Source: Bacilli bacterium
GTDB lineage: Bacteria > Bacillota_I > Bacilli_A > RF39 > UBA660
Length of the DNA stretch: 64,000 nt
Reading direction: 5' to 3'
Assembly (NCBI GenBank): GCA_047971315.1
Contig: JBKDZP010000007.1
Span: 7,494 to 71,493, forward strand
Part shown: positions 41,151-49,702 of the stretch, in pieces
Position numbering within the stretch: the stretch's first letter is position 1
How the letters are laid out: each line of letters opens with the position of its first letter
Made by a program: the position numbers and the translations under genes
The notes under the pieces: model-generated
What the model was told of the DNA's origin: nothing
Seen by the model: only the letters and a program-made list of their open reading frames with translations
Databases searched by the model: none

Positions 41151-42299
41151 ATGGCAGTAGTGTCAATGAATTATTTATTAGAAGCAGGTGTTCACTTTGG
41201 TCATCAAACTAAAAGATGGAACCCAAAAATGAAAGAATATATTTTTACAGCAAGAGATGAAATATATATAATTGATTTACAAAAAACAGCAAAAAAAATC
41301 GAAGAAGCATATGCAGTTTTAAAATCAATAGCTGGAAATGGTGGTAAGGTTCTATTTGTTGGAACTAGAAAACAAGCTAGTGAAGCTATTAAAGAAGAAG
41401 CAATTAGATCAGAATCATTTTATGTAGCTGAAAGATGGTTAGGTGGTACTTTAACAAACTTCAAAACTATCAGAAGAAGAGTAAAAAGATTAGAAGAAAT
41501 TGAAAAAATGGAAAGTGATGGTACATTCGCACTTTTACCTAAAAAAGAAGTAATTGGAATTAAAAAAGAATATGACAAATTAAACAAATTATTATGTGGT
41601 ATTCGTGAAATGTATAAATTACCAGCTGCATTATTTATAGTAGATCCATCAAAAGAAGACATAGCAATCAAAGAAGCAAGAATTTTAAATATTCCAGTAT
41701 TTGGAATAGTAGATACAAATTGTGATCCAGATATGGTTGATTATGTAATTCCAGGAAATGATGATGCAATTCGTGCTGTAAAACTAATTACAGGTGTAAT
41801 GGCAAATGCAATTGTAGAAGCAAATGGTGGAAAAATAGTTGATTATGTAAAAGAAGATGATAAATCAGAAAACATAATGGAAAGAGCAGTAGAAAGCGTA
41901 AGAAGAAAAGAAGATAGACCAAAACGTTTCAATAATAACTTCGATAATAAAAATAACAATAATAAATTCAATTCTAATAGACCAAATAGATACAATGACA
42001 ATAAATCTAATGATAACAGATATAATAATAAACCAAACGACAATAGATTTAATGAAAATAGATCTAATAATAAACCATTTGAAAATAATACAAATGATTA
42101 TAGAAAATCTAATATTAGAGTTGAAAACCAAGAAACTACACCATTAACTATAGTTGTAGAAACTGTTAAAGAAGAAAAAGCACAAACAGTAGATTTTAGT
42201 AAAGCAACAGTTGCTGAACTAAGAGAAATGGCTAAAGTTAAAGATGTTAAAGGATATACAACAATGAAAAAATCTGAGCTTTTAGAAGCTTTAAAATAA
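41151..42299 (+). CDS. rpsB: 30S ribosomal protein S2 with ~145 aa C-terminal extension
   Basis: Canonical S2 core ([19 protein letters not shown]... to ~aa 235). Then an Asn/Arg/Asp-rich degenerate-repeat tail and a terminal [31 protein letters not shown] motif. Confidence 0.9.
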   Translation: MAVVSMNYLLEAGVHFGHQTKRWNPKMKEYIFTARDEIYIIDLQKTAKKIEEAYAVLKSIAGNGGKVLFVGTRKQASEAIKEEAIRSESFYVAERWLGGTLTNFKTIRRRVKRLEEIEKMESDGTFALLPKKEVIGIKKEYDKLNKLLCGIREMYKLPAALFIVDPSKEDIAIKEARILNIPVFGIVDTNCDPDMVDYVIPGNDDAIRAVKLITGVMANAIVEANGGKIVDYVKEDDKSENIMERAVESVRRKEDRPKRFNNNFDNKNNNNKFNSNRPNRYNDNKSNDNRYNNKPNDNRFNENRSNNKPFENNTNDYRKSNIRVENQETTPLTIVVETVKEEKAQTVDFSKATVAELREMAKVKDVKGYTTMKKSELLEALK

Positions 42300-42348
42300 A
42301 TATATAAAGGTGATAAAATCACCTTTTTTAAAAAAGAGGAGGAAATAT

Positions 42349-43227
42349 ATGATAAATGCAAGCTTAGTAAAAGAACTAAGAGAAAAAACTGGAGCTGGAA
42401 TGTTAGATTGCAAAAAAGCTTTAGAAGAAACTGCTGGTGATATTGATGCATCAATTGATTGGCTAAGAGAAAAAGGAATCTCTAAAGCTGCTAAAAAAGC
42501 TGATCGTATAGCTGCAGAAGGTTTAGCATCAGTTTTAATTGATGGAAATAAAGCAGTTATAGTAGAAATTAATTCAGAAACTGATTTTGTTTCTAAAAAT
42601 GAAGAATTTAAAGAATTAGTTAATGAAGTATTAAAAACTTTAATTGAAAGTGATGCCGATACAGTAGAAGTAGCAGAAAAATTAATTTGCTCAAACGGTC
42701 AAACTATTGAAGACTATATTATTGCAAAAACAGCTAAAATAGGTGAAAAATTAAGCTTTAGAAGATTTATTAGAATAGAAAAAGATTCTAATGAAACATT
42801 TGGAGAATATATTCACATGGGTGGTAGAATTGCTGTTCTAACAATCTTAAATGGAGCAAATATTGATGTTGCTAAAGATGTATCTATGCACGCAGCTGCA
42901 ATGAGACCTTTATATGTTAGAAGAGAAAATGTTCCAACAGAAGTAATTGAGCATGAAAGAGAAGTTCTAAAAGAACAAGCAATTAATGAAGGAAAACAAC
43001 CAGAAATCGCTGAAAAAATGGTTGAAGGAAGAGTTCAAAAATACTATAAAGAAAATTGTTTAGAAGAACAACCATTTGTTAAAGATCAAGATATGTCAGT
43101 AAGTACATATGTAAAAAATAATGGTGGCTCAATTTTAAATATGTTCCGTTTCGAAGTAGGAGAAGGAATTGAAAAAAATGAGTGTGATTTTGCTACAGAA
43201 GTAATGAATCAAATAGGAAATAAATAA
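42349..43227 (+). CDS. tsf: Elongation factor Ts
   Basis: AGGAGG RBS before ATG 42349. N-terminus MINASLVKELREKTGAGMLDCKKAL is the EF-Ts UBA-like signature. Confidence 0.9.
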   Translation: MINASLVKELREKTGAGMLDCKKALEETAGDIDASIDWLREKGISKAAKKADRIAAEGLASVLIDGNKAVIVEINSETDFVSKNEEFKELVNEVLKTLIESDADTVEVAEKLICSNGQTIEDYIIAKTAKIGEKLSFRRFIRIEKDSNETFGEYIHMGGRIAVLTILNGANIDVAKDVSMHAAAMRPLYVRRENVPTEVIEHEREVLKEQAINEGKQPEIAEKMVEGRVQKYYKENCLEEQPFVKDQDMSVSTYVKNNGGSILNMFRFEVGEGIEKNECDFATEVMNQIGNK

Positions 43228-43251
43228 AAGACAAAAAATTGTCTTTTTTTC
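43227..43251 (+). terminator. Rho-independent terminator after tsf
   Basis: aaagacaa-aaaa-ttgtcttt hairpin plus T-run. Confidence 0.65.
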
Positions 43252-43323
43252 ATAATCATTTATGATATACTTGATAAAAATCATATTATATAATATAATG
43301 TTTAGAGAATGAGAGGATTAATT

Positions 43324-43866
43324 ATGGAAGATATTTTAAATCAAACAAAACTACGCATGGAAAGTGCAATAGAAAATATGAAAAAAAGACTACAAAATAT
43401 AAGAGCAGGTAGAGCAAACCCATCTATATTAGATAATGTAACAGTTCTATACTATGGATCAGATACACCTTTAATGCAATTAGCTACAATTTCAATACCA
43501 GAAGCTAGACAATTGTGTATTAAACCATTTGATAAATCATGTATTGGTAGTATTGAAAAAGCAATATTTGAAGCAAATATTGGACTAACACCAAATAATA
43601 ATGGTGAAATTATAATTTTAAATATTCCAGCTTTAACTGAAGAAACAAGAAGAGATTACGTTAAACAAGCAAAAAATATTGGTGAAGAATGTAAAATAGC
43701 TTTAAGAAATATTCGTCAAGATTCAAATAATGAAATAAAAAAATTAGAAATAGCTGAAGATACAATCAAAACTACTCAAGAAGAAGTACAAGAATTAATT
43801 AATAAATTCAATAAAACAGTTGAAGATCTAACAAAAATTAAAGAAACAGAATTAATGAGTATTTAA
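43324..43866 (+). CDS. frr: Ribosome recycling factor
   Basis: MEDILNQTKLRMESAIENMKKRLQNIRAGRANPSILDNV is canonical RRF. GAGAGG RBS. Confidence 0.9.
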   Translation: MEDILNQTKLRMESAIENMKKRLQNIRAGRANPSILDNVTVLYYGSDTPLMQLATISIPEARQLCIKPFDKSCIGSIEKAIFEANIGLTPNNNGEIIILNIPALTEETRRDYVKQAKNIGEECKIALRNIRQDSNNEIKKLEIAEDTIKTTQEEVQELINKFNKTVEDLTKIKETELMSI

Positions 43867-43916
43867 TTCTTTTTTTTTAACTATAAATGTGGTAAAATTA
43901 GTTAAAGGTGATAAAT

Positions 43917-44318
43917 ATGGAACAACAAACACGTAGTGAATTAAGAAAAAAAATAATGACAATTTTATATCAAATAAATGTATATAAAAATAATAAAATG
44001 AAATATTCAGTTGATGATATATTAAAAGAAGTATTAGAAATTGATAATGAATTTGTCAAAGACAGTGTATATGGAGTAATTACATATCAAGAAGAATTAG
44101 AAAAAATTGCAAATAAATATTTAGAAGGTTGGTCAATTGATAGACTAGGAAACACAGATAAAGCAATTTTACAACTAGGTTTATATGAATTAATCTATAC
44201 TAATACTCCAGATATTGTATGTATAAATGAAGCTATTGAACTTGCAAAATTATATAGTGATGATAGTGTAAGAAAAATGATAAATGGTGTTTTAGATACT
44301 GCATACAATAATAAGTAG
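43917..44318 (+). CDS. nusB: Transcription antitermination factor NusB
   Basis: ~134 aa all-helical protein with a NusB-like pattern (RSELRKKIMTILYQ...IDRLGNTDKAILQLGLYEL). AAGGTGA RBS. Confidence 0.75.
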   Translation: MEQQTRSELRKKIMTILYQINVYKNNKMKYSVDDILKEVLEIDNEFVKDSVYGVITYQEELEKIANKYLEGWSIDRLGNTDKAILQLGLYELIYTNTPDIVCINEAIELAKLYSDDSVRKMINGVLDTAYNNK

Positions 44319-44326
44319 GTGAAATA

Positions 44327-45604
44327 ATGGACGACAAATATTTAACAGTAACCGCCCTAACAAAATATTTAAAATATAAATTTGATACTGATCCAAATCT
44401 TAGAAAAGTATTTCTAAAAGGTGAAATATCAAACTTTAAATCACATACAACTGGACACTTTTATTTTTCAATAAAAGATGAAACAAGTAAAATAAATGCT
44501 ATAATGTTTAGTAATAATACTAAAAAATTAAATTTTATTCCAAAAGAAGGAATGAAAGTATTAGTAACTGGATTAATAAGTGTATATGAATCAACAGGTG
44601 GTTATCAAATATATGTTGATGATTTGATTGAAGATGGAGTAGGTAATTTATATATTGCCTTTGAACAATTAAAAGAAAAATTAACAAAAGAAGGATTATT
44701 TGATCAAAAAAATAAAAAATCAATTCCTAAATATCCAACTAAAATAGGGATTATTACAGCTAGTACTGGTGCTGCTATAAAAGATATTTTATCAACAATT
44801 AAAAGAAGATATCCAATATGTGAAACTTATCTTTTCCCTTGTTTAGTTCAAGGAGAAAACTCATCTAAAGATATTGTAAAAAAAATAAATCAAGCTGAAA
44901 ATTTTAAATTAGATGTTTTAATAGTAGGTAGAGGCGGTGGATCATTTGAGGATTTAAATTCATTTAATGATGAAGATGTTGCAAGAACTATTTTTGCTTC
45001 AAATATACCTATAATAAGTGCTGTTGGTCATGAAGTTGACTTTACAATTGCAGATTTTGTAGCAGACCTTAGAGCTCCAACACCAACTGGAGCTGCAGAG
45101 ATGGCCGTACCTAATTTAGCTGACTTAATTAATAAATTAGAACAATATAAAATTAGAATTAATGAAGCAACATTAAAAACACTAAATTATAACAAACTTT
45201 ATTTAGATAGCATAAAAAATTCGTTTGTAATAAAAAATCCAATGATAATGTATCAAAATAAACAACAAAATCTCGATTTAATTTTGGATAAATTAAATAA
45301 TATTATGCTAAAAAAAGTTGATATTACTAAAAATAAATTTGACAAATTAAAAAGTAATTATATTTTAAAAAATCCCAATATTCTTTTTAAAAATCATATT
45401 ATAAATCTAAACAATATAATAGAAAAACTTGAAATAATAAATCCAATCGGAGTATTAAAACGTGGGTTTACATTAACTTATAATAAAGATATTTTAGTAA
45501 AAACTATTACTGATGTTAAATTAAATGATAGTTTGAAAATTAAACTAATTGATGGTGATTTAAATGTTAATGTAGTAGAAATTAAAGGAGAAACACATGA
45601 ATAA
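44327..45604 (+). CDS. xseA: Exodeoxyribonuclease VII large subunit
   Basis: N-terminal OB-fold (VFLKGEISNFKSHTTGHFYFSIKDETSKINAIMF), central catalytic domain (VGRGGGSFEDL), followed by an overlapping small-subunit gene. Confidence 0.85.
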   Translation: MDDKYLTVTALTKYLKYKFDTDPNLRKVFLKGEISNFKSHTTGHFYFSIKDETSKINAIMFSNNTKKLNFIPKEGMKVLVTGLISVYESTGGYQIYVDDLIEDGVGNLYIAFEQLKEKLTKEGLFDQKNKKSIPKYPTKIGIITASTGAAIKDILSTIKRRYPICETYLFPCLVQGENSSKDIVKKINQAENFKLDVLIVGRGGGSFEDLNSFNDEDVARTIFASNIPIISAVGHEVDFTIADFVADLRAPTPTGAAEMAVPNLADLINKLEQYKIRINEATLKTLNYNKLYLDSIKNSFVIKNPMIMYQNKQQNLDLILDKLNNIMLKKVDITKNKFDKLKSNYILKNPNILFKNHIINLNNIIEKLEIINPIGVLKRGFTLTYNKDILVKTITDVKLNDSLKIKLIDGDLNVNVVEIKGETHE

Positions 45605-45818
45605 AGAATTAAAATTTGAGGATAAAATAAAAGAATTAGAAACAACTATTTCTGAACTTGAAAATGGGGAAATTCCGTTAGAAGAATCAATAGAAAAATA
45701 TACTAAAGCAATGAAACTTGTAAAAGAATGTGATGAAAAATTAAAAAATATTGAAATTCAAGTCAATAAAGTTATATTAGAAAATGGTCAAATAGAAGAC
45801 TTCGAAATAAATGAATAA
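45597..45818 (+). CDS. xseB: Exodeoxyribonuclease VII small subunit
   Basis: 73 aa helical protein (FEDKIKELETTISELENGEIPLEESIEKYTKAMKLVKECDEKL) overlapping the xseA stop. Confidence 0.8.
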   Translation: MNKELKFEDKIKELETTISELENGEIPLEESIEKYTKAMKLVKECDEKLKNIEIQVNKVILENGQIEDFEINE

Positions 45819-45911
45819 ATTTACCAAAAAATACTAATGCAATATTGGTATTTTTTTAGAAATTAAAATAATAATAATATTGTAGTCTGTAAAATTAAAG
45901 GAGACGATGTT

Positions 45912-46904
45912 ATGTTTTTTAAAAAAATTAAAAAATATGCTACAGTCTTTCTTCTAACATTTATTATTATACCAAATCAAGTACTTGCTTATTCAAATTA
46001 TCTTATTCCCGGTGGTGAAAATATTGGTATTGAAGTTAATTCAAAAGGAATTATAATAGTTGGAACATATGAAGTAAATGGAACAAAACCAGCAAATAAT
46101 GCTGGTTTAAAACAGGGTGATATTATTACTCAAGTAGACGATAAAGATGTTAAAAATATAGATGAAATGATAAATATAATAAACTTATCAAAATCATTAA
46201 ATTTAAAAATAACTTTTAAAAGAGACAATGAAATATTAAACACTACTTTATCAATTTATAAAGATGGAGATATTTTAAAAACTGGACTTTATGTTAAAGA
46301 TAGTATTACAGGAATAGGAACGCTAAGTTTTATTGACCCAAATACTAAAATATATGGTGCATTAGGTCATGAAATAATAGAAAAAACTACTGGTAAAATA
46401 TTGGAAGTTCAAAATGGTACCATATTTGAATCAACTGTAATTGATATCGAACGAAGTGAAAATGGTGATCCAGGAAGTAAAAATGCTACACTAAATAGTT
46501 CAAATACAAATGGTACAATAATCGAGAATACAGAAAGTGGTATCTTTGGTACATTTACATCCAATCTTCCTTCCAAAAAACTTTATAAAGTAGCTCAATA
46601 TAATGAAATAAAATTGGGAGAGGCTAAAATATTAACAGTAGTTGAGGGAAATGATTTAGGAGAATATTCAATAAATATATTAGAAGTGAATAATGAAAAT
46701 ACATCTAAAACAAAAAATATTCTATTTGAAATAACCGACCAAAATTTATTAAATAAAACCGGTGGAATAGTACAAGGAATGAGTGGTTCAACAATTATTC
46801 AAGGAAACTATATAATTGGAGCTGTTACACATGTTATAGTTGATAATCCTAAAAGAGGTTATGGTATATTAATTACAAATATGTTAGAAGAAGCAGAAAA
46901 TTAG
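45912..46904 (+). CDS. spoIVB: Sporulation stage IV protein B (SpoIVB signalling serine peptidase, S55)
   Basis: Signal/TM N-terminus, PDZ domain (GDIITQVDDKDVKNIDEM), S55 protease motif GMSGSTIIQGNYIIGAVTHV. Terminator hairpin 46903..46927. Confidence 0.8.
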   Translation: MFFKKIKKYATVFLLTFIIIPNQVLAYSNYLIPGGENIGIEVNSKGIIIVGTYEVNGTKPANNAGLKQGDIITQVDDKDVKNIDEMINIINLSKSLNLKITFKRDNEILNTTLSIYKDGDILKTGLYVKDSITGIGTLSFIDPNTKIYGALGHEIIEKTTGKILEVQNGTIFESTVIDIERSENGDPGSKNATLNSSNTNGTIIENTESGIFGTFTSNLPSKKLYKVAQYNEIKLGEAKILTVVEGNDLGEYSINILEVNNENTSKTKNILFEITDQNLLNKTGGIVQGMSGSTIIQGNYIIGAVTHVIVDNPKRGYGILITNMLEEAEN

Positions 46905-47007
46905 AGACATTTTGTCTCTTTTCATTTAGTCAAATTTGTAGTATACTATATATAGGTAATAGTATACAATTTATTAAAAGAAATAAATGAATGTGAGGAT
47001 TGATTAG

Positions 47008-47808
47008 ATGAAAACAAGAATAATTAGTGCAATTATAGCACTAGCTATATGTTTACCAATTTTATTTTTAGGAGGAACAATTTATAAGCTAGGTATTTAT
47101 ATTTTAAGTATAATTTCACTTCATGAATTTTTAGAATTAAAACAAACAAAAAAAGAAATGCCAAGTTTTATTAATTTTATTTCGTATTTAATTTTAACTT
47201 TATTAGTGTTATCAAATATAAATACAACTACCATTTTATTTAAATTGGATTTTAGAATTATATCTGGATTATTTTTAGTTTTTTTACTACCAACTGTACT
47301 GTATCAAGATAACACAAAATATAGTATTGCAGATGCTTTTTTCTTTATAGGATCTTTGGTTTTTATAGGAGCTAGTTTTTCATTATTAATTTTAATAAGA
47401 AATATTTCTTTAAACTTAATAATTTATTTATTTGTGATTACAATATTCACAGATACATATGCTTTATTAGTTGGTAAGTTAATTGGTAAACATAAAATGG
47501 TCGAAAAAATATCTCCTAACAAAACTTGGGAAGGTATGATTGGAGGAACTTTTTTTGGAGTAGTAGCAGGAGTACTTTTCTATAATACAGTAATAGATAA
47601 TTCATTTAATATACTAACTTTAATAGGTATTACTTTATTTTTATCAATTATAGGACAATATGGTGATTTAGTTTTCTCAACAATAAAAAGATATTTTGGA
47701 AAAAAAGATTTTTCAAATATTATGCCAGGTCATGGTGGAATATTAGATAGACTTGACAGTATTATATTTGTAGTGCTTAGTTTTACATTTTTTATAGGAA
47801 TACTGTAA
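47008..47808 (+). CDS. cdsA: Phosphatidate cytidylyltransferase
   Basis: Polytopic membrane protein with C-terminal PGHGGILDRLDS signature. Confidence 0.85.
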   Translation: MKTRIISAIIALAICLPILFLGGTIYKLGIYILSIISLHEFLELKQTKKEMPSFINFISYLILTLLVLSNINTTTILFKLDFRIISGLFLVFLLPTVLYQDNTKYSIADAFFFIGSLVFIGASFSLLILIRNISLNLIIYLFVITIFTDTYALLVGKLIGKHKMVEKISPNKTWEGMIGGTFFGVVAGVLFYNTVIDNSFNILTLIGITLFLSIIGQYGDLVFSTIKRYFGKKDFSNIMPGHGGILDRLDSIIFVVLSFTFFIGIL

Positions 47809-47821
47809 AAGGAGGAATAAT

Positions 47822-48859
47822 ATGTCTTTTATATATTTTGTAATTGTTCTTGGAATTACAATTTTAATTCATGAACTAGGTCACTTTATATTCGCAAAAA
47901 AAGCTAATATATATGTATATGAATTTTCTATTGGAATGGGACCAAAAATATTTAGCTATAAAAGAAAAAACGATGAAACAATTTATTCAATTCGTTTATT
48001 TCCAATTGGTGGTTTTGTTAGCATGGCTGGTGAAGACAATTCAAATAACGATAGAGTTTCTGATGATAGAAAACTTTATAATAAAACATGGATGCAAAGG
48101 TTTTTAACAATAATAGCAGGAGTAGCATTTAACTTTATTTTAGCTATTATACTTTTATTTTGTGTTGGAATGATTGCAGGTGTTTCTAACAATAAACCAA
48201 TAATATATTCAGTAGATTCTAATTATCCAATTTCTTTAACAAATGTTTCAAAAGGTGATTTGATAACTGCAATTAATAATAAAAAAATATCTTCTACTGA
48301 TATGTTATTACTAGAATTACAAATTAATTATGGAAAAACAATTACGATTGATTTTAAAAGAGGTGATAAATCTTTTCAAGTTGATGCTAAACCCGTTTTA
48401 ACAAAATCTAATGGCAGTGAAAGCTATGCATATGGATTTTCACTAGACAATACTAAAGAATATGGTTTTATAGCAGCTTTTAAATATGCGTTTAATAAAA
48501 CAATAAGCTTAATAGTTCAAATGTTTTATATATTAATATATTTAATAACTGGTAAATTAAGTCTTAATAGTTTAGCTGGCCCAGTTGGGATGTTCTCAAT
48601 AGTTAGTACAGCTGCAAGTACTGGTATTATTAATATAATTTACTTAATTGCTTATTTATGTATCAATGTAGGATTTATTAATTTAATTCCTTTTCCAGCA
48701 TTCGATGGAGGTAGAGTTTTCTTTCTAATGATTGAGGGAATAAGAAAGAAAAAAATAAAACCTGAAATTGAAAATACGATTAATACCATAGGTTTTGTTT
48801 TCTTAATGACTTTTATGATATTTATAACATTTCAAGATATAATAAGAATATTTAAATAA
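47822..48859 (+). CDS. rseP: Site-2 (RIP) zinc metalloprotease RseP/RasP
   Basis: HELGHFIFAKK (HExxH) in TM1, PDZ domain, LDG motif (FPAFDGGRV). AAGGAGG RBS. Confidence 0.85.
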   Translation: MSFIYFVIVLGITILIHELGHFIFAKKANIYVYEFSIGMGPKIFSYKRKNDETIYSIRLFPIGGFVSMAGEDNSNNDRVSDDRKLYNKTWMQRFLTIIAGVAFNFILAIILLFCVGMIAGVSNNKPIIYSVDSNYPISLTNVSKGDLITAINNKKISSTDMLLLELQINYGKTITIDFKRGDKSFQVDAKPVLTKSNGSESYAYGFSLDNTKEYGFIAAFKYAFNKTISLIVQMFYILIYLITGKLSLNSLAGPVGMFSIVSTAASTGIINIIYLIAYLCINVGFINLIPFPAFDGGRVFFLMIEGIRKKKIKPEIENTINTIGFVFLMTFMIFITFQDIIRIFK

Positions 48860-48934
48860 AGATAAATTCTTTATTTTTTTTAAAAGGAAATTTATAATTT
48901 TTTTAGAATAATAAAAGTAAGGAGGTGAGAATAT

Positions 48935-49702
48935 ATGAATCTTGAATTTATAAAAAAAGAATATAAAAAATTAATAATAATTTTAATATTAGTGGTCAGT
49001 ATTATTTTTTTAATTATTGCGGATAAAAATAATATTCAAGATATAGAAATTACTAAAAATGAACTAAATGAAGAAAATAAAATAGAAGAAGTAATAAATA
49101 ATAAAATTAAACTTGATATAAAAGGTGCTGTAAATAATCCTGGAGTTTATGAATTAGATAATAATACTAGAGTTGTAGATGTCATTTTTAAAGCAGGTGG
49201 CCTTACAGAGGATGCAAATACAACTTTACTTAATTTATCTAAAACTGTATTTGATGAAATGGTTATAATTATATATACAAACAATGAAATAGAAACATTC
49301 AAACATAGTCAACTAACTGAATCAAACTTAAATATAGAGAAAAAAAATGATAACAATGTAATTGAATATATTTATCTACAAAATGAATGTTCATGTCCAA
49401 ATACTATTAATAATGCATGCAATGAATGTAACAAAATAATTACTAATTTAGTAAAAGAAGAAATAAAGAGTACAGAAATGAATTCAACAAATAATGAACC
49501 ATCTAAATCAAGTTTAATTTCTCTTAATAACGCAACTTTAGAACAATTAATGTCTTTATCAGGTATTGGAGAATCTAAAGCTAATGCTATCATATCTTAC
49601 CGAAATGAAATAGGAAAATATACTAATATTGAACAAATAAAAAATGTTAGTGGTATAGGTGATGCTGCATTTGATAAAATTAAAAATAATATTACTTTGT
49701 AG
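48935..49702 (+). CDS. comEA: Competence protein ComEA (DNA receptor)
   Basis: N-terminal TM anchor, SLBB-like domain (IKLDIKGAVNNPGVYEL), C-terminal tandem HhH (LSGIGESKANAIISYR...VSGIGDAAFDKI). Central Cys cluster ECSCPNTINNACNEC. Confidence 0.8.
   Translation: MNLEFIKKEYKKLIIILILVVSIIFLIIADKNNIQDIEITKNELNEENKIEEVINNKIKLDIKGAVNNPGVYELDNNTRVVDVIFKAGGLTEDANTTLLNLSKTVFDEMVIIIYTNNEIETFKHSQLTESNLNIEKKNDNNVIEYIYLQNECSCPNTINNACNECNKIITNLVKEEIKSTEMNSTNNEPSKSSLISLNNATLEQLMSLSGIGESKANAIISYRNEIGKYTNIEQIKNVSGIGDAAFDKIKNNITL

Noticed and set aside
41930-42110. Repetitive DNA inside the rpsB 3' region, considered as a possible CRISPR or VNTR array
   Set aside because: The repeats are degenerate, in-frame codon repeats (Asn/Arg/Asp) within one continuous ORF. 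No spacer/repeat regularity or cas genes are present.
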